A stretch of 64,000 nt of DNA. Origin: a virus. Taxonomy: Duplodnaviria > Heunggongvirae > Uroviricota > Caudoviricetes. A model generated the notes under the pieces. That model made no database searches and was not told where the DNA came from. It worked only from the letters and a program-made list of their open reading frames with translations. Positions 39,841-48,978 of the stretch are shown one piece after another. The position numbers and the translations under genes were made by a program. The stretch is taken from IMG/VR virus record IMGVR_UViG_3300047567_000058, positions 16,405-80,404 of that record; one strand, given 5' to 3'. The stretch's first letter is position 1. Each line of letters starts with the position of its first letter.

Positions 39841-41532
39841 TTAATAGCCTCTGCTGTTCCCGTGGATGCTCTTCCATTCAGGATTCGGATCGGATGACAT
39901 CGACAGAACTTGGCCGTACGGATTCTTAACCGAGAGATTGTCGGAATCATCCAGAACGACCCAGATGTTCTTAGAGGTCTTCGGCTTGTCGATCTCGTCG
40001 TCGCCAAAGCCATCGGTGAAGTAGATGAGCAGCGCGTCTTGAAGGCGGCCGCATCTCGGATCGTCGAACCATTTCGGGTCGGAGTATTCGTCTTTGACGC
40101 CGTTGATCCATCTGATGACCGGCATGTAGCTGGTTCCGCCGCGCCCGCTGACTTCCTTATGGATGTCGCCGGGCTTCTTCATCGTGTAGATGGCGCCGAT
40201 GGCGGCATCGCATTCGATGACGATGATCTCGGATTCATAGCTCTTGCACAAAAGGGCGATCTCGTTGAGGAAGTATGAGATTGCTTCGTCAGAGACAGAC
40301 CCTGATGTGTCGATGGCCACGATGATCTTGATCTTGTACTTCGGAAGGCGTCCAGGCAAGTCTGGGCGATAAGGCTGCCGGCGATTGAGCCGCATTCTCG
40401 TCGCTCTGTACGGAACCGGAAGGGTCCCGAGCATGTTCTTGATGATCTTCCACAGAGAGGTTCTTGGCTTCTTGAGGAGATCCTCGATCGACGCGACCAT
40501 ATCGGCTGGCATGAGACCTCTGAGACGAGACGACGAATCATTGTCTTGCTCAAGGTACTTCTCCCATGCGGTCTTGACGCTGTCTGAGATGTTGTTCTTG
40601 ACGAGGTCGGGATCGCCTTGGGTTTCCCACTGATGAGTAGGATGCCCGTTCGAGTTTCCTGGGGCTGAGATCCCATTGGGATCGCCCTGATCTTGGCCTT
40701 GGCCTTGACCGGAGTCGCTTTGTCCCTGTCCTTGGCCCTGACCTTGTCCTTGGCCTTGCCCGGGTTTCTGCTGATTTTGGCCAGGCTTCTGAGGCTTGCG
40801 ATGAGAATGATAGAAATCGTAATAGTATTTGAGGTCGGATTCCTTCTGAGCGGTGTACCCGACTTCATGCTCCATATCGGACTTCGTATAGTACCCTTTC
40901 GGGATCGAAAGCCCGCTGCCGGAAGTCGGATCCATCTTCGCCTTGAGCGAAAGATCGTGGATCAGCATCTCGGAGATGGACGCGCTTGAGGCTTTCTCAA
41001 GCTCATTGTGGACGCCTTGGTCATTGGCGCGGTTGATGTTGAGATAGTCGAGAGGATGCTGCATCGTGATCTTCGTCAGTTCGGCGACGATCAGCGTGCG
41101 GGCTTCCTTGATCGTGTAGTTGATGATGTAAAACGGATTGATCTTGAGCTTCATGATGACGTTGGACACGTCGATGTCGACGAAGCCTTGCTGGCTGAGG
41201 TCGAACTTCATATCCATGTTCATCAAAAGGATGCCGAAGTAGCAATCTTCTGAGACGACAAGCGACGCCTTGATCCAGTCATAGACCGGAAGGAACGTGT
41301 CCTCGATGACGGGGATGAACGACTTGTCGATGTCGAATTTCTGCGGGCTGGCTTCGTCGTTTAGCTGCTGGCTCGCCATGACTCCTGGCGTCGAGGCCGC
41401 TATCTTAGCCACCATCGCAGCTGCAGACTGATCGCCGTCTTCGGATGGATGAGGCTTCATTGCAGCCCGGATCGCTTCTTGGCAATCTCGGTATTTCTCG
41501 GCTACCTGAGCCGAGGTTAAATCTGATGACAT
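39841..41532 (-). CDS. vWA-domain protein (CobT/NorD-like partner of the MoxR ATPase), with a (QG)n low-complexity linker
   Basis: C-terminal vWA with MIDAS (VAIDTSGSVSD). QKPGQGQGQGQGQGQGQSDSGQGQGQDQG repeat. Start at M7 of the track ORF with RBS gaaaggg. Confidence 0.6.
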   Translation of the reverse strand: MSSDLTSAQVAEKYRDCQEAIRAAMKPHPSEDGDQSAAAMVAKIAASTPGVMASQQLNDEASPQKFDIDKSFIPVIEDTFLPVYDWIKASLVVSEDCYFGILLMNMDMKFDLSQQGFVDIDVSNVIMKLKINPFYIINYTIKEARTLIVAELTKITMQHPLDYLNINRANDQGVHNELEKASSASISEMLIHDLSLKAKMDPTSGSGLSIPKGYYTKSDMEHEVGYTAQKESDLKYYYDFYHSHRKPQKPGQNQQKPGQGQGQGQGQGQGQSDSGQGQGQDQGDPNGISAPGNSNGHPTHQWETQGDPDLVKNNISDSVKTAWEKYLEQDNDSSSRLRGLMPADMVASIEDLLKKPRTSLWKIIKNMLGTLPVPYRATRMRLNRRQPYRPDLPGRLPKYKIKIIVAIDTSGSVSDEAISYFLNEIALLCKSYESEIIVIECDAAIGAIYTMKKPGDIHKEVSGRGGTSYMPVIRWINGVKDEYSDPKWFDDPRCGRLQDALLIYFTDGFGDDEIDKPKTSKNIWVVLDDSDNLSVKNPYGQVLSMSSDPNPEWKSIHGNSRGY

Positions 41533-41600
41533 TTCTGATACCCTTTCCAAATCGGGGCGCCCTCAGGATTGTTGGTCCTGGGGGCATTCGGCGATTTTAT

Positions 41601-43169
41601 TTATTTTTTCGGATTGGTCATCGCGTCGAGCTTGTCGATGCTTTCGCAGGACGAGTTGACGCCGTTGATCAACGCCGAAGCGAGCCGCGCGCACTTGCCG
41701 TCGTCGAGCTCGTGGCGGAGATCGCGGCCTTCAGCGGTGTGCTTGCCACGGACGTAGCGATAGAGGTCAACCTCATTCGCGCGGTCGAGGGACTTGACGA
41801 ATTGGATGAACTGGCCGTCGGCGCCCAAGACATTGTCGAAGAATTTCGGATTTGCCTTGCGGGCTGCGAACCAAGCATCGTAGTTGTCTGCGATGTAGTT
41901 GACGATGCTGCGGCTCATGATCGTCTTCGCCATGAAGCGCATCTGAGAGAGCTTCATCATGGTCGATTTGTCGATCTCTTTGCTGGCGCCGGTGAGAACC
42001 TCGTTCGGATTGATGCGGGAGCTCTTATCTTGCAAGCACTTGAGAATCGAGTTGCCGGCGGTGGTGCCGATCTTGCCGAGGATCATGGTCTCGATATCGG
42101 CGTCGAGGCTTTCCTTCTCTTCCTTCGTGAAGAGATTGCTGGACTTGACCAGATCGTATCCGCTGATGATGTTCGAGCAGATTTCGTGAGACCGTGGAGA
42201 CGGATCCATGTTCTCGGTATCTTCGGTGCCGGCGTCTTTGACGCAGAACACCGTGTTGTTGTCGTTCTTGGAAAGGCCGGAGTTGGCCGCGGTGAGCGCC
42301 TGGAGATATTCCAGGTTCATGCCATGGTCAAGCGCCCACTGGCACCATTTCTCGAAGTCGGGGTTGACCTTGATCTTCATGAAACGGTCGAGCTGCGCAG
42401 GGTCCATCTGGTTGACGGAGAAGCTCGAGTTCTGAGAGCTCGGGTTCTGGGCGGCGATGATGGAGACCCACCACGGGAATTCGTAGCCGTTGACCTCGCG
42501 GTTGAGGATGACGTTCATCAGCTCCTTCATGGTCTCTTGAGGAGTGCGGTTGATTTCATCGAAGAACAGAATCACCGGCTTGATGTCTCCGGATTCGATG
42601 AGCTCGCGCTTGACTTCAGGAAGGAGATCCTCGCCGAACTGATGCTTATTCTGATCGCCTTTGACGGCAGCTTCTTCATTGGTCCATTTGCTGACCACTT
42701 GATAGACGTGCCCTTTCGTATCGAAAACAACGGTGTCTCCGGCATGCGCGATGACCTTGGTAGTATCTTTGCCATCGGGGCCTTTGAAAGTATCTGTGAT
42801 GTCTTTTTCGATAATGCGAACGCGGCCGCCGAGGAAGCCTTCTTTGGTGGCGTGAGAATAGATCTCGTCTTGGAGCTTCATGACCGAATAAGTGACGTGA
42901 TACGGAACGAATTTGAATTTGTCTTCATTGGTTACCGGATCGTGATAAGCAAGCGGAAGGCCGGTGATCTCGCCGTCCTTGAGGGTGCCGCCTTCAATGG
43001 TGAATCCGAATCCACCCATTTCCTTGGCGGCTCCAGAGCAGATCTGCGATTTGCCGATGCCCTGAGCTCCTGAGATCAGCGGTGTGATCGCTAATCCTTT
43101 GTGTCCGTCAACTATGTTGAGATAGCTGGCGATTTTGGCGATTCGTTTCGCCTGTTCAATGTTTGCCAT
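41601..43169 (-). CDS. MoxR-family AAA+ ATPase (CobS-like)
   Basis: Walker A GAQGIGKS, Walker B ILFFDEINR, sensor IIAAQNP. Confidence 0.65.
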   Translation of the reverse strand: MANIEQAKRIAKIASYLNIVDGHKGLAITPLISGAQGIGKSQICSGAAKEMGGFGFTIEGGTLKDGEITGLPLAYHDPVTNEDKFKFVPYHVTYSVMKLQDEIYSHATKEGFLGGRVRIIEKDITDTFKGPDGKDTTKVIAHAGDTVVFDTKGHVYQVVSKWTNEEAAVKGDQNKHQFGEDLLPEVKRELIESGDIKPVILFFDEINRTPQETMKELMNVILNREVNGYEFPWWVSIIAAQNPSSQNSSFSVNQMDPAQLDRFMKIKVNPDFEKWCQWALDHGMNLEYLQALTAANSGLSKNDNNTVFCVKDAGTEDTENMDPSPRSHEICSNIISGYDLVKSSNLFTKEEKESLDADIETMILGKIGTTAGNSILKCLQDKSSRINPNEVLTGASKEIDKSTMMKLSQMRFMAKTIMSRSIVNYIADNYDAWFAARKANPKFFDNVLGADGQFIQFVKSLDRANEVDLYRYVRGKHTAEGRDLRHELDDGKCARLASALINGVNSSCESIDKLDAMTNPKK

Positions 43170-43266
43170 ACATGGCCTCCTTCATTGGCATAAAAAGAAG
43201 CTCCGATTTAAAGGAACCTCTTCTCAATGCATACAAATCATATATCCCGATAACGGAATTTGCTGT

Positions 43267-44070
43267 TTACAGTACGATGCCGTTGTCTGCCGATGGCGCC
43301 GGATCCTCAAGGAACACTCGTATCTTATCCTTTGGATCCGATTCCCTTATGGTCTGGACTGCGTCTGCGAATGGCTCGAAATTGTTGTCGTATACCTTGA
43401 CGTAATTGAACGATGACTGTTTTATGGCGGCATCTTCAAGTTTTTCATATGCGATGTCCCTCAGGCGATAATGCATGTTATCGGCTGCTTTCACGTTGAT
43501 GATCATATTGAGCGAGGATATGTAGAAGTCCGGTATGTGCAGATGGCTCTTTCCCTCGTCGTCCGTGTAGGGGAACGTCATAGGGGCAGGCGCCATCACG
43601 TCCTCTGGATTGTCCCATCCCATGTAGAGATCGAGGAACTCCAGGAACTTTCTCTCATATGAGCCGGTGTACGTCGTACGCGTCTTTCCATCGCTCCAAA
43701 GGTATTGGCCTGATATCCCTCTGTCGGCGAGCATCTCCTTTTGATGGTCGATGTCGTTGAGAAGATTGTCTTTGCCGAACGCCTTTATCATATTCTGGCG
43801 GAAGTATTCGCGATATTGCTTGCGCTCTTCGTCGTCGGCGAATCTCTCGTATCTGCATGAATTGACGTTGAACTTCGTCGGCTTTCCGCTCATGACGGAT
43901 CTGCCTGTCGCTTTGGTGATGGGATATCCGTTGTTCCAATTGAACCACACCTGGCATGCCGGCAGCCCGCAAAGGTCGTCGTGATGCTCTTTCTCCATGT
44001 GGTCATAGATCGCGTCTTTGAGGACGTATTTCTTGGAGCAGAACGGGCATTTGAATGTTTTTTTACTCAT
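43267..44070 (-). CDS. protein with an N-terminal C2H2-like zinc finger and a C-terminal nuclease-like region (possible homing-endonuclease relative)
   Basis: CPFCSKKY...HMEKEHH; C-terminal IPDFYI...INVK resembles a degenerate PD-(D/E)xK. Confidence 0.3.
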   Translation of the reverse strand: MSKKTFKCPFCSKKYVLKDAIYDHMEKEHHDDLCGLPACQVWFNWNNGYPITKATGRSVMSGKPTKFNVNSCRYERFADDEERKQYREYFRQNMIKAFGKDNLLNDIDHQKEMLADRGISGQYLWSDGKTRTTYTGSYERKFLEFLDLYMGWDNPEDVMAPAPMTFPYTDDEGKSHLHIPDFYISSLNMIINVKAADNMHYRLRDIAYEKLEDAAIKQSSFNYVKVYDNNFEPFADAVQTIRESDPKDKIRVFLEDPAPSADNGIVL

Positions 44071-44129
44071 CGCTTAAGCCTCCGACGTCATAATTCATTG
44101 TTGAAGAATTTGTGAAGGAATCGAATGTT

Positions 44130-44444
44130 TTAGGATCGATTTGATTTGATGTCGAAGAGCAGCTTGTCTTTGAGCCTGGGATTGAGCAAGGCCTTTCCGG
44201 TCCTGATCATCGCCTGGCGCAAGGCTCGCTTCTTCGACTCATCGTCGGTCACAGGCTCGAAGTCATGGACTCCTTCGCCGATGCCGAAGATGACGAACGA
44301 CGTCGCTTTGAGATTGGCCCACCAGAATCCGGTGTCGGTGTCTTTCGACAGAGAGAAATCAGACTCGAGGATGCCATTCTCCTTCGCCGCTTTGAGGCAG
44401 GCTTTGTCTGCCTTGTCTTCAGCGGAATTATTTTTATTTTCCAT
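44130..44444 (-). CDS. hypothetical protein (104 aa); the AT-rich element encodes its first codons (MENKNNS)
   Basis: ORF track; RBS aggagg. Confidence 0.45.
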   Translation of the reverse strand: MENKNNSAEDKADKACLKAAKENGILESDFSLSKDTDTGFWWANLKATSFVIFGIGEGVHDFEPVTDDESKKRALRQAMIRTGKALLNPRLKDKLLFDIKSNRS

Positions 44445-44453
44445 GGCGGCCTC

Positions 44454-45230
44454 CTAAATGATGTTGGCGATCAGCGGAAGTATCGCCTCGTTGAAGTTGG
44501 CTGACACATCGAGGTCTGGAAGATCGTCGTCCGATATCTCATCGGCTTCGTATCTCCCGAATGAGAACTTGCCGTCGATCAGGCTTCGGTAAGTCTCTTT
44601 GTCCAAGCTCTTCGACAGATAATCCCTACGATAATCGACGAGGACTTTGAACATCCGGTCATGCTCAAGCATCTCTGCTTGGCCGAGCATCCGCCCAATG
44701 TCCTTTATGATATGATCTTTCTGCCGCTCTCGGGCGTCTTCTGAAACGCCTTTTATCTCGACGCTTCGGCTGGCCGCCGAGTAGTATGCCTCGAACGGCT
44801 GATGGCCCAATCTCATGTAAGTCGAGTAGGTACTCTTGGGCCTGAACACGAACACGCCGTCTCCGAACACGGAGACCGTAGGATACTTGTTGATGACGAA
44901 GATAGCGTCTTTCTTGATCGATAGTATGTCTCGTGACGTTAATCCGTTGGCCTCGGCGAATTCCTTTCGGACTTCGGCCAGGCCATCGAGTATCGCTTTC
45001 GACAGCTCAGGATTTCTGATTATCTTCTTGCCGATGGAAACGACTCGGTCCTCTTTGCTCATGGCTTTGAGGGAGTCGATCTCCGTTTGGCTAAGCAGAT
45101 GCTTATGCTCAAGCACGGAAAGGCCGGCTGAATGGATATCCCATTCGGTTATCGTCGCATTCTTGATGTAGCTGATGTCAGGATCGAGATAAGTCGTCCT
45201 GGCTACGATTGCTTCTGTCTGGGTGTCCAT
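44454..45230 (-). CDS. hypothetical protein (258 aa)
   Basis: ATG at M17 of the track ORF with RBS aaagga. Confidence 0.45.
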   Translation of the reverse strand: MDTQTEAIVARTTYLDPDISYIKNATITEWDIHSAGLSVLEHKHLLSQTEIDSLKAMSKEDRVVSIGKKIIRNPELSKAILDGLAEVRKEFAEANGLTSRDILSIKKDAIFVINKYPTVSVFGDGVFVFRPKSTYSTYMRLGHQPFEAYYSAASRSVEIKGVSEDARERQKDHIIKDIGRMLGQAEMLEHDRMFKVLVDYRRDYLSKSLDKETYRSLIDGKFSFGRYEADEISDDDLPDLDVSANFNEAILPLIANII

Positions 45231-45279
45231 GCCGATCGCTTCCTTTCTAACTATAGGACACGTATCGCCCGTTCGCAAG

Positions 45280-46107
45280 TCATTTCACGCCGATGGCGTC
45301 TTTGGCGAGCCGATCGCAGATCTCATTGAAGTTGTCCTCGTCGTGGCCTTTGATCCATCTGAACAGGAACACGTCTCCTTTGCGGTCGTCGATCATCGAC
45401 TCCACGCTTTTGATTAGGTCGGCATTGGTTATTTTGGAGCCGGAGTATCCTCTGTATCCATTGGATTTCCAATTGTCGATCCATTCGCGGAACGCGCCGA
45501 TGGCGTATGCCGAGTCTGACGCGATGATCTGTATCGTGTGGGCGTCGGAGTTTTTGACGCATGACCCGATCGCGGTAAGCTCCCCGACGTTGTTGGTGCC
45601 TCCTTTGATGGACCCGCTGAAAGCGTTGTAGCATTTCGGAAGCCCGGAGAACGATTCGATCATCGGCGAATCGGATTCGTTTGGATCATACAAAGTCACC
45701 GACGCGAATCCGGCGGCTGGCTTCTTAGAGCTTGAGCTTCCGTCGCAGTAGCTCATGCCGATATCTTTTGAATCAATGACCGCCAACGGATAGACCTTGA
45801 TGTGATCCTGGTCCAATTTCTCCGTATTGTCAGCGAATGCTTTGGCGATGGAATCGGAAATCGTGTTAAGCATGTAATCTGGAACCGTTGATGGAATCGC
45901 ATGATCGGCTACTATCGCATTCACGTAGTCGCTTACAGGGTCGGATGCGTTTTCGTCGCATTTGGATAAAACGAACTCATAGCTGGCTTCGCCGGTCATC
46001 CGGTCTTTGGTCTTCTTGGCATAGGGAAGATTTTTGACTATGCATTCATCGGTTATTCGCATTGAGGCCCATCCGAATGTTTTGATGTTAAACAAAACGA
46101 ATTTCAC
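45280..46107 (-). CDS. rnhA: ribonuclease H1 (RnhA-like) with an N-terminal extension
   Basis: GGTNNVGELTAIGSCV, IASDSAYAIGAF, WIKGHDEDNFNEICDRLAK (DEDD residues). Confidence 0.7.
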   Translation of the reverse strand: MKFVLFNIKTFGWASMRITDECIVKNLPYAKKTKDRMTGEASYEFVLSKCDENASDPVSDYVNAIVADHAIPSTVPDYMLNTISDSIAKAFADNTEKLDQDHIKVYPLAVIDSKDIGMSYCDGSSSSKKPAAGFASVTLYDPNESDSPMIESFSGLPKCYNAFSGSIKGGTNNVGELTAIGSCVKNSDAHTIQIIASDSAYAIGAFREWIDNWKSNGYRGYSGSKITNADLIKSVESMIDDRKGDVFLFRWIKGHDEDNFNEICDRLAKDAIGVK

Positions 46108-46196
46108 AAATTGTCGCTTCCTTTCTCATAAGAAGTATATATCGTCCGGCGGCAAAGCGAAAGAAAAGCCGTCGGATCTTTTCCGGCGGCTTTAGG

Positions 46197-47873
46197 CTAT
46201 CTGACTGTCTTGCGATAGGCCATGTCGATCTTCATCTTGAGCCTGGCTATCTCTTTGGGGTCGGCGTCAGGGTTTCTGAATGCCCGCCTAAGCGCTCGGA
46301 CCATGCTGGCTGCTGTGGTATCGGACATCAGCTGCTCGGCTTTGGCTTGGGTGTCAGGGTCGCCGTCGTCATCTCCTCCGACCAGATAATTGAGGACTTT
46401 CCCAGACGTTCCGCTGAAAGCCAGGCCTGAGTTCGTGTCATTGCTTATTGCTTTGGCCGCGAGCTCCTTTTGCTTGGTGTCGAACGGGACGATGCTCTTC
46501 TCTTGAGCCAATCTCACGGGAGACGGAGACATCTTGTGCGTGAATCTAAGATCTGGCGCGAATTCATAATCCTCGGCCATGGCGGCGGCTCCGATCGGGG
46601 CTCCTGTCGATGGATCCGAAGGCTCGGATTGGTCGGCGTCGTATTTGCTTAGCTTGTCATTGATTCTGTCTATTTTGGCTTGGGCTTCGGCGATGCGTTT
46701 GCGAAGCTGATATCTCGCGACGACGTGGCCTGGGCCGATGTCATCGTATTTTGCCTGATATTCGTCGATGCGCTTCGTGAGGCTGTCTATTTGCGACTTG
46801 TAGTATTCGACTTTCTTTCGGCTGAACGATATGCCTTCATCGATCATCTGGCTTAGATTGGTTTCGGGATCAGACGTTTCTTTGATCGATATGCGCTTTG
46901 AATCAAGATCGGTAAGCTCTTGGCTGATCTGATCGATCTCAGAACGAAGGAATTCGATCTTATCTTCGAGAGACCTAGCTTTGCCTGGATGGCTGTCTCC
47001 CAAGATGGAAAGCTCACTTTCAAGCTTTGTGAGCTGGGTGTTGAGATCGACTTGCTTCTGCTTGAGGGCGGAAGACTTCTTGTCGATGTGGCTTTTTTTT
47101 ATTTTTCCGATCAGCGCGGACAGCGGGCCTTCTTCAAGATAAGAAAGCTCCTCATCTATCTCGTCGAGCTCTTCGTTGATCGACGTCTCGAATGCTGACG
47201 GATCCATTTCAAGGCTGCCGTTGATCGGCTTAGACGCAGCTTCTATCCTGGAGATCTTGTCATCTATGATCTGCTTGCTCTTCGTTATCTGATCGATCTG
47301 CTTATTCGTATGATCCTTGATGTTCTCTTCGCGCTTATCGAGGGCCTCTTTGTTCGACTTGAGCATCAGGATGGACTTCTGGGCCGCTTGGGTTTCCGGA
47401 TTGCTTCGCGCGGATGCTTTCACCGATTGCTGAGCCTGATCAGGAAGAGTCGCTTCGGCCGGAGCGACGTTCTCGGATTCTCTAAGAATGGAATCGGCGA
47501 TGTCTTTAAGAGATATTCCTTCAAGCGGGTCTTCCGATTCTTTCTTAACGTTGGCGACGGCATCCTTCTGATCGTTGAATGAGCTGGTGCGTTTGGCATC
47601 AAGCTCCATTATCTTCGCTTTCATTGCGGATATGGCCGCTTGCATCTGAGCCTTATCGGCAGGATTTTGAGCGGATGACATCGCCACTTCGAGTCTGGCA
47701 AGCTCGGCCTTGGCCCTTTTGTAATCCTCGACTGCGTTGGAGTGGGATTTCTTCTTGACTTCGGCTCTGGTCTGGGAGATGCTCTCAGCTCCGAATCCGG
47801 CTGATTCGATGAGCATTATGGTCTCCTCTGTATTAAGGACGTCTTCTATCATTTTGCGTGTTTCTTCGGTCAT
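46197..47873 (-). CDS. coiled-coil protein (558 aa)
   Basis: Heptad-rich, Glu/Lys/Leu-rich. Start at M52 of the track ORF (MTEETRKM). Confidence 0.45.
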   Translation of the reverse strand: MTEETRKMIEDVLNTEETIMLIESAGFGAESISQTRAEVKKKSHSNAVEDYKRAKAELARLEVAMSSAQNPADKAQMQAAISAMKAKIMELDAKRTSSFNDQKDAVANVKKESEDPLEGISLKDIADSILRESENVAPAEATLPDQAQQSVKASARSNPETQAAQKSILMLKSNKEALDKREENIKDHTNKQIDQITKSKQIIDDKISRIEAASKPINGSLEMDPSAFETSINEELDEIDEELSYLEEGPLSALIGKIKKSHIDKKSSALKQKQVDLNTQLTKLESELSILGDSHPGKARSLEDKIEFLRSEIDQISQELTDLDSKRISIKETSDPETNLSQMIDEGISFSRKKVEYYKSQIDSLTKRIDEYQAKYDDIGPGHVVARYQLRKRIAEAQAKIDRINDKLSKYDADQSEPSDPSTGAPIGAAAMAEDYEFAPDLRFTHKMSPSPVRLAQEKSIVPFDTKQKELAAKAISNDTNSGLAFSGTSGKVLNYLVGGDDDGDPDTQAKAEQLMSDTTAASMVRALRRAFRNPDADPKEIARLKMKIDMAYRKTVR

Positions 47874-47903
47874 AATCAATTGTTCGGGACGCCGGACGCC
47901 GCC

Positions 47904-47940
47904 GGGAAATAAAAAAAAGAACCCGAATCGGATCGGGTTC
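47904..47940 (-). terminator. intrinsic terminator: hairpin gaacccgatccgattcgggttc then T8ATTTCCC (minus strand)
   Basis: Perfect 8-bp stem. Confidence 0.75.
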
Positions 47941-48103
47941 ATTTGAGATTTAGTTTTCTCGGATCGTCTTTCGACACCTCGAATCCTGAGCATCCGAATA
48001 ATCCAAGGATGTTTAGATTGGCGCAAACGTGATGCACGAAGCCAGCATCCTTGGTAGAGCTAGAGTATAGATTAAGTTTGTCGTTGCTCTTTGTTGATGG
48101 CAT
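47939..48103 (-). CDS. small protein (54 aa)
   Basis: ATG at M13 of the track ORF after strong RBS ggaaggag. Confidence 0.4.
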   Translation of the reverse strand: MPSTKSNDKLNLYSSSTKDAGFVHHVCANLNILGLFGCSGFEVSKDDPRKLNLK

Positions 48104-48177
48104 AGGAATCAACTCCTTCCGCCGTTTGGCGGGATTCATCAGCCCCGGGAAGATGCTGTCTTCCCGGCGCTTGCTGA

Positions 48178-48714
48178 TCAGTGCTGGCCGCCTTGCTGCT
48201 TGCGTTGCTGAAAACGCTGCTCAGCGGCTTCGTACTTCTTTTCCAAGAAGTCATAGGCATACTTCTTGAAGATGTCCTCAGCGGACATGCCGCAGATAGA
48301 CGCCGGATCGACTTCGATCCGCTCCGGGCGGCCATGGTCGTCTCCGACGTAGATCTGAAGGATAACAACAAGTTCGCCGCTGCTATAGCGAACCTCGCCA
48401 GTCTTCGGATCGGTATAACGGAATTGGAATGTCGTCGTTCCATTCCCGTTGGCCAAAGGATCCACCTTGAAGATGTCCTTGGCCGCGACCGGAAGGACTT
48501 CGGTGGTCCCGGTCTTGCGCGAAACGAATTTCTTGGCATAGCTGGCTGTGATGATGATCGCGTGAGTCGTGAACTCATGCGCGTCGCTGCCGTTGTAGCT
48601 GATGATCTTTCTGAAGATCAAAGCCTCGGAATCAGCTAAAAGCTGATTGAACAGCTCGGTTGAGCTGCTGAAAGGCTTCCTTTCGAATTCATAGTTGTTA
48701 ACGATTTGAATCAT
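48178..48714 (-). CDS. hypothetical protein (178 aa)
   Basis: ATG at M25 of the track ORF with RBS aaggagg. Confidence 0.5.
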   Translation of the reverse strand: MIQIVNNYEFERKPFSSSTELFNQLLADSEALIFRKIISYNGSDAHEFTTHAIIITASYAKKFVSRKTGTTEVLPVAAKDIFKVDPLANGNGTTTFQFRYTDPKTGEVRYSSGELVVILQIYVGDDHGRPERIEVDPASICGMSAEDIFKKYAYDFLEKKYEAAEQRFQQRKQQGGQH

Positions 48715-48848
48715 ATTGCGCCTCCTTGTGCAATGCTCTTTCTGTTGGCAGGCGAGCAACCCCGGAGATGGACTGGCATAGACCAAGCATCCGATCCATC
48801 TTCTTCATTCAAATCATATATTTCCTTATCCTCTTGAAATACGGAGCC

Positions 48849-48905
48849 GGGGAAATAAAAAAATAAACCCCAGAAGCATAGGCGTTTGACCTAAGCTTCT
48901 GGAGT
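48849..48905 (-). terminator. intrinsic terminator: hairpin ccagaagc-ttaggtcaaacgcctat-gcttctgg then GGTTTATTTTTTTATTTCCCC (minus strand)
   Basis: 8-bp stem; follows the Rsr-like gene and the left structured element. Confidence 0.6.
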
Positions 48906-48908
48906 AAC

Positions 48909-48971
48909 AAGGCCCATCTGCTGACGCAGAGGTAAATGTGCAATTTAATGGTTGATTGCTGTATGGGCCTT
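48909..48971. other. structured element L: 9-bp stem AAGGCCCAT/ATGGGCCTT enclosing about 45 nt with an internal ctgc-tgac-gcag hairpin; paralogue of element R
   Basis: Read directly; lies immediately 3' of the Rsr-like stop codon. Confidence 0.5.
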
Positions 48972-48978
48972 TAAACGG

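Noticed and set aside
48072-48578. 168-aa minus-strand ORF overlapping gene 48178..48714
   Set aside because: Arg/Ser/Pro-rich translation in an alternative frame of a real gene; typical spurious overlap.
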